Part shown: positions 18,808 to 29,091 of the stretch, in pieces
Layout of the letters: the number at the start of each line of letters is the position of its first letter
How positions within the stretch are numbered: the first letter of the stretch is position 1
IMG/VR virus record: IMGVR_UViG_3300045988_037604
Source of the DNA: a virus
Strand: one strand, 5' to 3'
Length of the DNA stretch: 64,000 nucleotides
The notes under the pieces: generated by a model
The model's database searches: none
Seen by the model: only the letters and a program-made list of their open reading frames with translations
What the model was told of the DNA's origin: nothing
Made by a program: the position numbers and the translations under genes

Positions 18808-19737
18808 TTAATCTTGAGTAGAAGAACTAATTTCTTCAACATTTACAAAGTCATCGGTATCAAGATTAGTATTACCAATAACTTCCATAATTTCGTCATC
18901 AGTCATGACACCCATAAGATAATCACTTGCTATATCTCTAGCACCATAAGCAAAAGCTCTATGTGATATTAAAATACGAGGATATTTCTTATAAGTATCT
19001 TTTTCAAATAATCCAGCATTAGCAGCTTCACTATAAGAAAAATGACTTTTTGCGTGCATCTCTACAACTTTACCATTTATAGTCTTAAATCTAGTAAATT
19101 CATATTCAGTAACAAAATCTATAGGTTGAGCTGGAATCCTAATAATAGGAAATTTACCTTCATTGGCAACCTTAATAGCTTGTATTTTATTTATACATTT
19201 AACACATTGAGCATTAATCTCAAATTCGTTATATTTGTTACCTTTTAAATCTGCATAATATCTAAGAGGATAAACACCTACAACATCATCGTTAGTTTTT
19301 TCTTCTGCTTCTTTAGCATTTCTACACTTAACAATATATTGTGGAAGTTGTGTTTCTAGATAAACCGTATTACCGTCAGTATATTGATACTGAGGTACAT
19401 AATCTTTAGTACAATTCCAGACTATACCTGCCCTCAGTAATAACGCCTTAACTATATGAACATCAACACCTGTCTTACCATTAATAACATGGATATGTTC
19501 TATACAAGTGCTAAAAGGCAAATTTAGGTCTTTAGCTCTCAACATAATGGCTAAACCATCTTGAACACTTTTAAGACCACTTTTTTCACTTGTAAGAATC
19601 TTCTTTAGAAAATACTCTGCTTGAGCAATATCTTTTTCATCAAGAAGATTAATATTAGCAAGAGCAGTGTCTAGTTCTTCACGTTTAACAACCATTGTAC
19701 GATTGTCATTCTTACTTTCTTTATTCATTACTTTCAA
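18808..19737 (-). CDS. RecT-like single-strand annealing protein
   Basis: 309 aa. The central LAIMLRAKDLNLPFSTCIEHIHVINGKTGVDVHIVKALLLRAG resembles the RecT family core. Confidence 0.45.
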   Translation of the reverse strand: MKVMNKESKNDNRTMVVKREELDTALANINLLDEKDIAQAEYFLKKILTSEKSGLKSVQDGLAIMLRAKDLNLPFSTCIEHIHVINGKTGVDVHIVKALLLRAGIVWNCTKDYVPQYQYTDGNTVYLETQLPQYIVKCRNAKEAEEKTNDDVVGVYPLRYYADLKGNKYNEFEINAQCVKCINKIQAIKVANEGKFPIIRIPAQPIDFVTEYEFTRFKTINGKVVEMHAKSHFSYSEAANAGLFEKDTYKKYPRILISHRAFAYGARDIASDYLMGVMTDDEIMEVIGNTNLDTDDFVNVEEISSSTQD

Positions 19738-19790
19738 AGAGCATTAATAAGTTTATTTCTTATTTCTGTTGCAAATATAATAACTTTATT

Positions 19791-21203
19791 TTAATCTACA
19801 ATACAATAATCAGAATTATTATCAATTTTAACATCTATATCTTTTTTATTAACAATAACATGATTAGATGATAGTTGTTTATCATTGATTGCTTTTTCTT
19901 CTAATGTATTTTCGCAATAAAGACTATATAATATAATAGGTATATTAAACTTACATTTACTCAATCTGTATATATAAGATTTTATATCATCACAAAGACT
20001 TGACGTAATTATTAAAACGTCTACATCTATATTAAGTTCTTTATCAGGACTATTTGTTGTTGATATAATGCTTATTTTTCCAAGATTAAATAATTGTTGG
20101 ATAAGTTTCTTTTGGTTCGTTACACCCATTATTTTTTGCTTACCTTTCTTAGCTCCAGTTTTATAATAAATAGGATTACCATCCTTGTCTATAGCTGGAA
20201 TTGATTCTAATTTGTCATGAAAACTTTTACATACTTCTTTATTATATTTAATGTTTATATTATTAGTTAATTCATCTGCAAAATCTGCAAACTTATTTAT
20301 TATAAGAATCTTTTTATCTTTATAACTATCAATAATATCTATAATAGCATTAATCTTATTTGAATAATTAGCAAGAAGTCTAGCTCTTTTTCTAATCATT
20401 TCATAAGTAGAATTAGCTCTTTCTTTTATTGCTATAGGATTATAAAGCTTATCTATTTGTTGATTATATTCTGTACTCATATCTAGATATTCATTCCAAC
20501 CATTATCTCTAGCAAGTTTATCACAATATGCCATACTAGAAGCATTATTTGTGTTATTACCAGACATAGCAATTTTTATATTATCTAGACCTCCAAATAT
20601 ATTAAGTGACATTCTAATATTGTCATTATAGTATTGAAGAAGTTTAGCATCATTAGTATCATCTTTAATAGTGATAGGAATACGATACTCTTCTACGGGG
20701 GGGTTAGTACGAATATTATCGACATCATTTTGCTTAAACTCTTTAACAATAGGACAACAAGAATAAAAACTATCTTTAGTTCTACCATCAAGAGGTTTAG
20801 TAATAATTACTAATTTATATGTGCTTTTATCTAATATTCCTAAATGAACAAAAGTAAAACTAATAGGATTGTAAATAATAGTAAGAGTAGGTTTATACAG
20901 ATTAATATTATCAGCAACCCAACTATCAGTTAATACATGAATTTGTCCTTTATTAATCAAATTTAGAAAAATACTATCATAATTATTCTTTTGATTAGTA
21001 AGATATTCTTTGATATAATCTTTATCTTCAAAGTCTTTAACTAAAATAAGTACATTACACGTAGGACTTCTATTAAATAGTCTAGGAAGAAGAAGATAAA
21101 TAGGTCTAACACTATCTAAAGGATGAGGTATTAGAAGACTTCCATTACCATTACGAGCATTCCATCTTTCGATAGCATCATTAAACATTTCTTCTTGTGT
21201 CAT
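19791..21203 (-). CDS. hypothetical protein, weak SF2 helicase C-domain resemblance
   Basis: 470 aa. KILIINKFADFADEL and ISTTNSPDKELNIDVDVLIITSS resemble helicase motifs IV-VI. No Walker A was found. Confidence 0.3.
   Translation of the reverse strand: MTQEEMFNDAIERWNARNGNGSLLIPHPLDSVRPIYLLLPRLFNRSPTCNVLILVKDFEDKDYIKEYLTNQKNNYDSIFLNLINKGQIHVLTDSWVADNINLYKPTLTIIYNPISFTFVHLGILDKSTYKLVIITKPLDGRTKDSFYSCCPIVKEFKQNDVDNIRTNPPVEEYRIPITIKDDTNDAKLLQYYNDNIRMSLNIFGGLDNIKIAMSGNNTNNASSMAYCDKLARDNGWNEYLDMSTEYNQQIDKLYNPIAIKERANSTYEMIRKRARLLANYSNKINAIIDIIDSYKDKKILIINKFADFADELTNNINIKYNKEVCKSFHDKLESIPAIDKDGNPIYYKTGAKKGKQKIMGVTNQKKLIQQLFNLGKISIISTTNSPDKELNIDVDVLIITSSLCDDIKSYIYRLSKCKFNIPIILYSLYCENTLEEKAINDKQLSSNHVIVNKKDIDVKIDNNSDYCIVD
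20688..20706 (+). repeat. GC-rich dispersed motif copy (inside ORF)
   Basis: ctcttctacgggggggtta. The coding strand reads AACCCCCCCGTAGAAGAG and encodes NPPVEE. Confidence 0.9.
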
Positions 21204-21206
21204 TTT

Positions 21207-23480
21207 TTACATTTCTTCATTATCAAATAAATTGTTATATAAACCAAAGTTCTTCTTTAAAAGAGCTTTTCCGCTAAGAGTTTTATTATCCTTATTACTT
21301 TTTTGATTAGGACTAATGCCAAGCTTAATAGGATTTATAATCTTATAAGCTTCTTCATAATAATATTTATAATCTATATTACGAAGAGCAATATCTTTAT
21401 CGTCAAGTTTATTAAGAATAATTACAGGTTTTCCACTAGCTAGAACACTACGTTTCTTATCATGAACATTCTCTTTCATTATAACAACTCCTTTAGTAGA
21501 AACATAGAAACGAACATGACGTTGACTATGAACATCAATTACTTTTCCATGCTCTACTTTTTGATAAACAACTTCAAATTGTTTACCTACATTTTGAGTC
21601 TTACAAAAATCAAGAATATCTTTATGATTACGAAGTGTTTCCATAACTGGAACACTATGTGCAAAATATTCAAATACAGCTTTAGCAACTACAGGCATAT
21701 CATAACCTTTTTTCAAATCTTTAAGATATTGTTTAGGGTCAAGACCACCTTTATATTCAATCTTATCATTACTTTGAATATTAAAATAATTATTAATATC
21801 CCTAGCAACAAAAAGTTTATATTGTTCTGAATCTGCACCTAATTTATTTTGAGCACACCAATCATCAGTTATACGTTTGAAATCTTCTTCTTTACTTTTA
21901 GGAAGCTTTACAATAATGCCATCAGTATTAGCACTAACAACATGAATGCCATCAAGTTCGAGAGCTTCTACTACCATCATTACCATTAGCTGTCCATTGA
22001 TAGTTACTTGCATCTGCGCAAATCTATCAAACAAAAAGAACATTTCAAAACCAAACTTTCCATAAATTGCATTAATAACAATCTTTAAAGCTTCAGCTGC
22101 TAGTTTATTATGAACTCCTGTTATTACAAGACCATCTTCATCTTTTGTATGTTTACATTTAATACGAGTTAGACGAAAATAATCAACCATTTTAACAAAT
22201 ACATTATTATTTAAATGTTTAGGAGCAATATTATACGCAACCATAACACTAGGATAAAATGAACTTATATCGTAATGTATATAAGTATAATCATCTGTAC
22301 TTGTTAATACAGCAGGTCTATCTTGTGAATGTAAACCTCCAGTAGCAATAGTATAAACAGTACCATAAAAATTTATTACTTTTTCAAAAGCATCTTTATT
22401 AGTTCTATAAATAACAACTTTCTTCATATCTTCAAGAACTTTTTGAAGTTCAGGAGTTTTAAAACATATATGAGGAAATATTATCTTATTAAAACTAAGA
22501 GCAGTTCTTTGAGTACGTAGATTTTTAAAAGCATCTATTTGTAAACCACTACGTTCAGAATAAAATTTATAAAGAAGTTTATCAGCAATAGTACTTCTAG
22601 CAGCACATAAAAGATTAAGATTAAATGCAACACCTAAAGAATATCTAAGTTTAATCTCATCAGGCTTTTGTCTAGCAATTTCACAAACTAGATATACATC
22701 ATTCTTATTATAATGAAGCATAGGTTTAACATATTTAGGAAGAATATACCTATCAAAATCATTAGTAATCAAATAATTAAGTTGTTCATTACTCATGCCT
22801 TCATATTCCATTTCTTTCCTATATATATCTCCTTCTTCATCATCTATAGGAGGTAATGTAAAATCTAGAAGATTATGCCATTTAAGATTAATACTAACTT
22901 GTTTAAGAGATTTACCAAACTTTTTTCTTTCACCAGTACTTTTATCAATATTAACACCAGCAGAATTAAGAGCATAAATTTTAAACAAATCAACAGTTGC
23001 CCAAGGAAGTCTATATTTACGAATCAAATCAAGTTCTCTATCTTTCCATAAAGCATCTTTATCATCTTGAAGACTAAGAAGTTTATCATTAATTTCTTTA
23101 AGTTTATGACAAAGTTGTTTAGTAGTATCAAAACGATTAAAATACATCATGAAAGCTTTAAACATCATATCATCATAACCTTGATTATTATATCCAAATA
23201 CATCATATCTAACAGGATTTCCATCTTCGTCAAAATAAGCTTCCATACTATTAATATAAGAAACAAGTTTTAGAAGTTGAGAATCATCAGTATCACTAAT
23301 ATAAAATATTTTAGATTTAACAGATTCAAGTCTAGACTCTATCTCAGCGACACTTAAACATTCAGTAAGTGCCATACCTTCACAATCTTTGAATACTCTA
23401 AGATAATCTTGAACATCAACAAAAGTTGCACTAAAAAGATTTTTAAAACATTCAATATCTGTGGCAATACTACGTATCAT
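21207..23480 (-). CDS. family B DNA polymerase
   Basis: 757 aa with DISSFYPS (DxxSLYPS), KIVINAIYGKFG (KxxxNSxYG) and ANTDGI (DTD motif). Confidence 0.9.
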   Translation of the reverse strand: MIRSIATDIECFKNLFSATFVDVQDYLRVFKDCEGMALTECLSVAEIESRLESVKSKIFYISDTDDSQLLKLVSYINSMEAYFDEDGNPVRYDVFGYNNQGYDDMMFKAFMMYFNRFDTTKQLCHKLKEINDKLLSLQDDKDALWKDRELDLIRKYRLPWATVDLFKIYALNSAGVNIDKSTGERKKFGKSLKQVSINLKWHNLLDFTLPPIDDEEGDIYRKEMEYEGMSNEQLNYLITNDFDRYILPKYVKPMLHYNKNDVYLVCEIARQKPDEIKLRYSLGVAFNLNLLCAARSTIADKLLYKFYSERSGLQIDAFKNLRTQRTALSFNKIIFPHICFKTPELQKVLEDMKKVVIYRTNKDAFEKVINFYGTVYTIATGGLHSQDRPAVLTSTDDYTYIHYDISSFYPSVMVAYNIAPKHLNNNVFVKMVDYFRLTRIKCKHTKDEDGLVITGVHNKLAAEALKIVINAIYGKFGFEMFFLFDRFAQMQVTINGQLMVMMVVEALELDGIHVVSANTDGIIVKLPKSKEEDFKRITDDWCAQNKLGADSEQYKLFVARDINNYFNIQSNDKIEYKGGLDPKQYLKDLKKGYDMPVVAKAVFEYFAHSVPVMETLRNHKDILDFCKTQNVGKQFEVVYQKVEHGKVIDVHSQRHVRFYVSTKGVVIMKENVHDKKRSVLASGKPVIILNKLDDKDIALRNIDYKYYYEEAYKIINPIKLGISPNQKSNKDNKTLSGKALLKKNFGLYNNLFDNEEM

Positions 23481-24046
23481 ATAATATTAATTTCATATCC
23501 ATTATAATTATTATCTTTACTAGCACTATACCATTTAGTTAGATGATTACAAAATTCTTTATATTTATCATCATCTATGTATTTAATAAAAGGAGAATAA
23601 CTAACACAATATCCTCTAATATTACCATTATCTTTAGTAATATATAGTTTATCAGTTTTATTACTTATATCTGTTATAGATAAAAATAGTTTAGCTGCAT
23701 CACCAAGTAATAATATTTTTACGGCATGAGTATTAACAATATCTCTAATTGTATGTATAATACATCTACTAATAATATTACTATTTAGAGGACATTTATC
23801 AGTCAATTTACATCTAATAAGTGGAACTATAAAATAATCGTTTAGCCCCCCCGTAGAAGGACTTAATGCTTCATTTATTATTTCCACATATTTACTAAAT
23901 GTCATTCCTTTATTCTTATAAGCATTATAATCAACATTAGGTACAACTATTATTTTACCATAAAGAGGATTACCAACACCTTTAAGACAATGACATTTAT
24001 CATTAAATAGTCTTAGAGGACAATCTTTACATACATTATAAGTCAT
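23477..24046 (-). CDS. uracil-DNA glycosylase, family 4-like
   Basis: 189 aa starting with CKDCPL...GVGNPLYGKIIVVPNVD, like family-4 UDGs. Adjacent to the polymerase gene. Confidence 0.55.
   Translation of the reverse strand: MTYNVCKDCPLRLFNDKCHCLKGVGNPLYGKIIVVPNVDYNAYKNKGMTFSKYVEIINEALSPSTGGLNDYFIVPLIRCKLTDKCPLNSNIISRCIIHTIRDIVNTHAVKILLLGDAAKLFLSITDISNKTDKLYITKDNGNIRGYCVSYSPFIKYIDDDKYKEFCNHLTKWYSASKDNNYNGYEINII
23843..23862 (-). repeat. GC-rich dispersed motif copy (inside UDG-like ORF)
   Basis: tagcccccccgtagaaggac. The coding strand reads CCTTCTACGGGGGGGCTA and encodes PSTGGL. Confidence 0.9.
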
Positions 24047-24170
24047 AAAGACCTAAAAATTCATATGAACTAAACATACTACAAGGATATTTAGCAGTTT
24101 TCATAAGACTAGGAAAATCACAACCATTTTTAATACGATTACGAGCTTTAATTTTATAACCTTTTTTCAT
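24036..24170 (-). CDS. small basic protein (below ORF-track cutoff)
   Basis: 44 codons, MKKGYKIKARNRIKNGCDFPS.... ATG at 24168-24170. The stop at 24036-24038 overlaps the UDG start by 11 nt. Confidence 0.35.
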   Translation of the reverse strand: MKKGYKIKARNRIKNGCDFPSLMKTAKYPCSMFSSYEFLGLYDL

Positions 24171-24176
24171 AATTAA

Positions 24177-24572
24177 TTAATCTTTAGTAGGTTCAACATA
24201 ATTTTCTACTTTGGTATAATTACTATTATTATAATTATTATACATAGAACCAATAAATATAAAATTGTTATCACGCTTACCCCAAGTTTTATCTAATTTA
24301 CGTTTATAGCCATAAACAGTAACAGTACCATCAACATCAGCATCAAGTTTAGCAACTTTATAATAGTTACGTTTGACACCAAAAGCAGTATTAATTTCGA
24401 TTGTATAAACATCACCAATTTTAATAGGACAATTAGCAATAATATCAGCACATGCTTCTTCAGTAAGAGCATGAAGCCTATTCTTATAATCATTAATTAT
24501 TTCATCTCTTTTATTAATGTAACATTGTACACGTTCTTTAAAAGAAAGATTATTATTACTTGTATTACACAT
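24177..24572 (-). CDS. hypothetical protein
   Basis: 131-aa ORF, first gene after a 122-nt gap. Confidence 0.55.
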   Translation of the reverse strand: MCNTSNNNLSFKERVQCYINKRDEIINDYKNRLHALTEEACADIIANCPIKIGDVYTIEINTAFGVKRNYYKVAKLDADVDGTVTVYGYKRKLDKTWGKRDNNFIFIGSMYNNYNNSNYTKVENYVEPTKD

Positions 24573-24573
24573 T

Positions 24574-24609
24574 TTATTTAATATTTTAATTTTACATATA
24601 AAGCCTTCA
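24574..24609 (-). promoter_or_regulatory. conserved 36-nt 5' leader element, copy A
   Basis: ttatttaatattttaattttacatataaagccttca. Abuts the ATG at 24572. 31 of 36 nt identical to copy B. Confidence 0.7.
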
Positions 24610-24634
24610 TTTTAAAAGGTCGATTAATCAATAA

Positions 24635-24642
24635 CAAATATA
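24635..24642 (-). promoter_or_regulatory. candidate Bacteroidota-type -7 box (leftward)
   Basis: Plus strand caaatata equals TATATTTG on the minus strand, ~60 nt upstream of the ATG at 24572. Confidence 0.4.
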
Positions 24643-24694
24643 TTCAGAATAGTTCTTGATTGAAATAAACTGTCAAAAATCCAATTTTCAACAA

Positions 24695-26164
24695 TCAAAC
24701 TCCATACCTAATAAATAATTTATTCTTACATCTACTACAAGCAACATAAAGTCGTTTATTAGTTTCTACAGCATTAGTATAAGCATCGCCATGTCTATCA
24801 TATACAATATCATTAACGTCAACCATTACTGTATCATAAGTAGAACCTTGACTTTTATGAGCACTAATACTAAAGCCATAATCTAAATCTCTAGTAAATG
24901 CAATACTTCCGTCTTTATTTCCAATATTAATCAGAAGAAGACAACCATTTTTAAATTTATAATATTCTTTCCATTTAGAAGCTCTAGTACTAGAATTAGC
25001 ACTTTTAGCACTATTAATTAGATTGTTACTAATTTTGCAATAATATTGTAAACTAAAATTATCAGTATGGTCAAGAATAAATAATGGACTAGTAATATGT
25101 CCACCATGTATAGCTTGAAATTTAACCATAAATCCTTTTATTTTATAAACAGGATGTACATAATTCACAATATCATAAACAATATAATCTTCACTATTTC
25201 TAATAATAGCATCATTAAAATCATCTACTAATGTAACATAAGAAGTAAACAAATCATTCTTAGTTATAGGAGATTTATCTGCATCTTTAATAATGCTATT
25301 TCTTACAAACTTATTCCAATTACCAACAGCTCTATTAGTATAAGCTACTATTCTAACAAAATCTGTATTAGTAGTTATTTGTTCATCATTAAATTGTTTA
25401 TCTACTTCTTCTTCAAAATCTTTACAACCTAAAACTTTATATCCTTTAGTATAATTACTATCAAAAGCTTCTCTATGATTAGTAATATAATTAAGAAAAT
25501 TATAAGTTTTATGTTCTATATCATCTCGAAGCATACTAAGAAGAGGACGAATAGGATTGTCTTCATCTTGACGAACAATTTGATTAAGTCTATAAGATTT
25601 AACTCCATTGAAAGCTTCAGAACGAAATTCATTTATAGGGCTAAGTTGTTTATCATCTCCACAATAAATTACTTTACAATGATTTTCTTTTAATACTCTT
25701 TCTATAAATCGAAGAAGACCTTTATTTATCATAGAAGCTTCATCTATTATATAAAGATTATAATTTTCAACTTTAACACTACCTTTTGGGTCAAATGGAG
25801 GATTATTAATATCAAACTTTTCTATATCAAAATTAAGTCTTAAACCGAAATCTGATTGAACAGTATTGACATTATTAGTAACTCCAATTAGATTTTCACG
25901 AAGAACTCTGCAAGCTTTATGACTAGGAGCAGATAAACCTATAGTGGAATAAGCATACTTACAATTCTTAATTATAGCTTTAAGAATATAAGTTTTCCCA
26001 GTACCAGCTGGACCAATTAAAGCTCTTTTAAAATCATTTTCATTATAATCTGCATTTATAAATTCTATAAGTCCTGTATAAGCTTTCTTTTGGTCATCAG
26101 TTAAATTACCAATACTAGCTGGATTTTTACCATTAGCAAGACTTAAAGTACTATCTATATTCAT
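24695..26164 (-). CDS. SF1B helicase (RecD/Dda/Pif1-like)
   Basis: 489 aa with Walker A GPAGTGKT, Walker B IIDEASM, plus SAHKSQGSTYD and YVACSRCK motifs. Confidence 0.85.
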   Translation of the reverse strand: MNIDSTLSLANGKNPASIGNLTDDQKKAYTGLIEFINADYNENDFKRALIGPAGTGKTYILKAIIKNCKYAYSTIGLSAPSHKACRVLRENLIGVTNNVNTVQSDFGLRLNFDIEKFDINNPPFDPKGSVKVENYNLYIIDEASMINKGLLRFIERVLKENHCKVIYCGDDKQLSPINEFRSEAFNGVKSYRLNQIVRQDEDNPIRPLLSMLRDDIEHKTYNFLNYITNHREAFDSNYTKGYKVLGCKDFEEEVDKQFNDEQITTNTDFVRIVAYTNRAVGNWNKFVRNSIIKDADKSPITKNDLFTSYVTLVDDFNDAIIRNSEDYIVYDIVNYVHPVYKIKGFMVKFQAIHGGHITSPLFILDHTDNFSLQYYCKISNNLINSAKSANSSTRASKWKEYYKFKNGCLLLINIGNKDGSIAFTRDLDYGFSISAHKSQGSTYDTVMVDVNDIVYDRHGDAYTNAVETNKRLYVACSRCKNKLFIRYGV

Positions 26165-26700
26165 TTTTTTCCATATTTATTAGCTTTAAACCACTCAAAT
26201 TCATCATCATCTAGAAGTCCTTTATATCTATAATCATATCCATTTATAGTAACAAGATTTCTAAATTTAAATTGAAGAACATTATTGATTTTAACAATCC
26301 ATCCTCTAACTATCCAATTAGGAGCAAAAGGAACATATTTATCAGGATTATAATTACCAAATACTATTTGACTTTCAGTCCTAACAAGACTTAAATATCC
26401 ATATTTAGTTTTATCCCTAGTAAATATAGTTCTAAATTGTTTAATATCATAAGATTCTTCAGTAAAAGGTATATTAAGAGATTTAGCAATATCAGTAATT
26501 TCAATTATATCTGTATTTCCAAACAGACGTTCATTAAAATCATAATATTGAACAAAACAATAATATTTTCCATCTATAAGAACAACTTTACCATTAACTA
26601 ACTTAGTAAGTTTCTTAGGAGGAATTTCTTTAGGCTCAACTCTTTTAGTAGGTTTAACTATTTTAAGTTTGAGTTTTACATTACTAAGATTTACTCTCAT
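26161..26700 (-). CDS. hypothetical protein
   Basis: 179-aa ORF with 4-nt overlaps on both sides. Confidence 0.55.
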   Translation of the reverse strand: MRVNLSNVKLKLKIVKPTKRVEPKEIPPKKLTKLVNGKVVLIDGKYYCFVQYYDFNERLFGNTDIIEITDIAKSLNIPFTEESYDIKQFRTIFTRDKTKYGYLSLVRTESQIVFGNYNPDKYVPFAPNWIVRGWIVKINNVLQFKFRNLVTINGYDYRYKGLLDDDEFEWFKANKYGKK

Positions 26701-26966
26701 TTCTTCTTATTAGTTAGTTTGTGTTCTTTACGAATCTTTTTAGCTTCTCTTGCAGAAGTTTTAGATTCATCAAACTTTAAATTAGAAGGTTTAGCTCCAC
26801 ATTCATAATGAACATGATAACCACAATAATGTACAAGAAAATCAATCTTACCCCAAGTATGAATACCTACAGCAGATTTATCACCAATAATAATGTGATT
26901 ACCATTAATACGAGCAATACGTGAAACACTCATCAAATCCTTTCTTTCGTCATGCTTTTTAGCCAT
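26697..26966 (-). CDS. hypothetical basic protein
   Basis: 89-aa ORF with Lys-rich termini. Confidence 0.5.
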   Translation of the reverse strand: MAKKHDERKDLMSVSRIARINGNHIIIGDKSAVGIHTWGKIDFLVHYCGYHVHYECGAKPSNLKFDESKTSAREAKKIRKEHKLTNKKK

Positions 26967-27017
26967 TTTACAAAAAGTTTAATTGTTAATATATTAATTA
27001 CATCATCAATAAGATGA

Positions 27018-27317
27018 TTATATTTTCTTTATCTCTTCTATATTACAATAAATATATGTGTTTTTATTTGTAAAACACATAATTCTTGGAGTTTTATCTC
27101 TATCTATTACTATTCTATATATTACAGCATTAATATGAGATTTTCCATAAATGTTTTTACGTACATTACAGATAACTTTATCACCCACTTGTAGAGAAAT
27201 ATGATTATCATTAAAGAATTTATTAGTTAAATTTTTAATTCTATTATCATAATCTTTACGAGCATTATCTAACTCTTTAATAAAGCAAGAAATAGTTTCT
27301 TCTTTAATTTCACACAT
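27018..27317 (-). CDS. hypothetical protein
   Basis: 99-aa ORF, first gene after a 97-nt structured gap. Confidence 0.5.
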   Translation of the reverse strand: MCEIKEETISCFIKELDNARKDYDNRIKNLTNKFFNDNHISLQVGDKVICNVRKNIYGKSHINAVIYRIVIDRDKTPRIMCFTNKNTYIYCNIEEIKKI

Positions 27318-27347
27318 AACTATTTTAATTTATTTATTAATATTAGT

Positions 27348-27404
27348 AGTTTGACTCGGTTTCGCACCATAAGCTGTAGTATAAGCTGCACTTAGTCAAA
27401 CTTA
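27348..27404 (-). promoter_or_regulatory. inverted repeat overlapping a candidate -7 box
   Basis: agtttgact (27348-27356) / agtcaaact (27394-27402). Plus strand caaactta at 27397-27404 equals TAAGTTTG on the minus strand. The spacer contains ataagctg twice. Confidence 0.4.
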
Positions 27405-27414
27405 AAGTGAATTA

Positions 27415-27750
27415 TTAAGCTCCCCCATAGAGGAACTTAATAATGTCAGCATTTTCTTCTTCTATTTTCTTACAAGCATTAAGAATAACATCAATACTTT
27501 TATGTCTAACTTTAATTATATCTCTAATTACAGTAGTCATATCATGTTGACTTAATCTCATAAGATGATAAATTGTTTTAAAACCTTTACGAGTATTAAG
27601 AGAAAAGTTATAAGGAATAATATAACCTCTACGATGTGGAGGATTCTTATTAGTTTTAAGAACATAACCACTACATTCTACAACTTCTCCAAAAACAGGT
27701 CCACCACAATGTTTTAAATCATAATTATAAGCACAAGTAGTACATAACAT
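27415..27750 (-). CDS. hypothetical protein
   Basis: 111-aa ORF, Cys-rich at the N-terminus (CTTCAY...HCGG). Confidence 0.5.
   Translation of the reverse strand: MLCTTCAYNYDLKHCGGPVFGEVVECSGYVLKTNKNPPHRRGYIIPYNFSLNTRKGFKTIYHLMRLSQHDMTTVIRDIIKVRHKSIDVILNACKKIEEENADIIKFLYGGA
27418..27436 (-). repeat. GC-rich dispersed motif copy (degenerate, at ORF 3' end)
   Basis: agctcccccatagaggaac. The coding strand reads CTCTATGGGGGAGCT and encodes the C-terminal LYGGA. Confidence 0.6.
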
Positions 27751-27755
27751 AATAT

Positions 27756-27926
27756 TTATTCTTTATCATTTACGACATCTATTCTATGAATATGTATGTC
27801 TTTATTTAATGTAATCTTAAATAAACTATTACCTATTACAGATTTAATAATAGTTTCTACAGTTTTATCATCATAAAAACTTTTATTATCATAAGTAATA
27901 GTTACCTTAACATTTATTTCTTTCAT
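27756..27926 (-). CDS. small hypothetical protein (below ORF-track cutoff)
   Basis: 56 codons, MKEINVKVTITYDNKSFYDDK.... The ATG overlaps the upstream stop as ATGA. Confidence 0.4.
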   Translation of the reverse strand: MKEINVKVTITYDNKSFYDDKTVETIIKSVIGNSLFKITLNKDIHIHRIDVVNDKE

Positions 27927-28090
27927 AATCTACCTTTTCTTTTTCTAAGTTCTCTGCGTCTAACTTCTCTACGATTATCTTTACCATCAGGATAATAGTT
28001 ATTACAAGACCTAAGTCCAGGAGAATTACTATCTATAATAGCACCATGAAAATCGTGATAATTTTTAAATTCATATTCTTTGTCATTCAT
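27923..28090 (-). CDS. small basic hypothetical protein (below ORF-track cutoff)
   Basis: 55 codons, MNDKEYEFKNYHDFHG...RREVRRRELRKRKGRL. Confidence 0.4.
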   Translation of the reverse strand: MNDKEYEFKNYHDFHGAIIDSNSPGLRSCNNYYPDGKDNRREVRRRELRKRKGRL

Positions 28091-28092
28091 AA

Positions 28093-29070
28093 TTATTCCC
28101 CTACATCTTTAGTTGTACCTAATAAACTTTCGTTACCTTCATAAGGAATACAATACTTCCAAGCAATACTTGTAGTTACATATCTTTTATATTCATTTAT
28201 ATAACTAAAAAAAGCTGCTCTCCAAGCTTCACTACGACAATCTCTTACAAGCACTTTTTCAAAAGGCTTGAATTGATATTCAGTTTTAATATCTTCAACA
28301 ACTTTCTTTTCAGCATTCCAATGTTTACCTATAGCAACTAAAGCTTTGAAAAGTCTTTTCTTTTCTTCTTCTGTAGCATATCTTACAATTTCGTTTCTAG
28401 AACACCAAGGAATATGTTGATTATATACAAAGTCCCAATCATCAATACCAACATAACAATTCAAATCTTTATTTTCATCATAATTCTTAAATATAAAAAC
28501 ACCATTAGGTCTATTAGGTATAACTGAATTACTAAGTATATCCCCATCTTTAAACCCTAATTGAGTTTTCTCAATCTTTAAGGTTTTAAAATTAAGTTTA
28601 CCACCAAATTTTTCTTCAATAGCATTAATATAAGTTTTAGAAGCATTTTTATCTTCAAGAGAAAACTTTTCAGTAGCACATGTAAGTGATTCATAATAAA
28701 TAGCCTTATCTTTATTCTCTTTATTTAGATGATGTTTACCATAAAACCTAGTATAATTATCATCATACCATCTACTAAAGATAACATGACTTTTACCATC
28801 ATTGCTAACAAGAATATCACCTTGCTTCCAAGCAAACTTATTCCAATCACGCATTTTCTTTGAAGGAACTAAGATAGGTTCTCCATATTTATTATATTTT
28901 CCATCATTATAAAAAATATAAAGCATAGATGTGTTATTTTTAGCATAAATAGCATTAACATTATTAACTTTAAGACATTCAAGACTAAGTTCTCCAAAAG
29001 CATCAGCATAAAGCTTAGTACCAGTTGGCTTATCTTTTAGTATAGCTGCTATATTTAATTCTTTTTCCAT
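28093..29070 (-). CDS. hypothetical protein
   Basis: 325-aa ORF. No motif recognised. Confidence 0.6.
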   Translation of the reverse strand: MEKELNIAAILKDKPTGTKLYADAFGELSLECLKVNNVNAIYAKNNTSMLYIFYNDGKYNKYGEPILVPSKKMRDWNKFAWKQGDILVSNDGKSHVIFSRWYDDNYTRFYGKHHLNKENKDKAIYYESLTCATEKFSLEDKNASKTYINAIEEKFGGKLNFKTLKIEKTQLGFKDGDILSNSVIPNRPNGVFIFKNYDENKDLNCYVGIDDWDFVYNQHIPWCSRNEIVRYATEEEKKRLFKALVAIGKHWNAEKKVVEDIKTEYQFKPFEKVLVRDCRSEAWRAAFFSYINEYKRYVTTSIAWKYCIPYEGNESLLGTTKDVGE

Positions 29071-29091
29071 AATCTTATTGTTTTTAGTTTA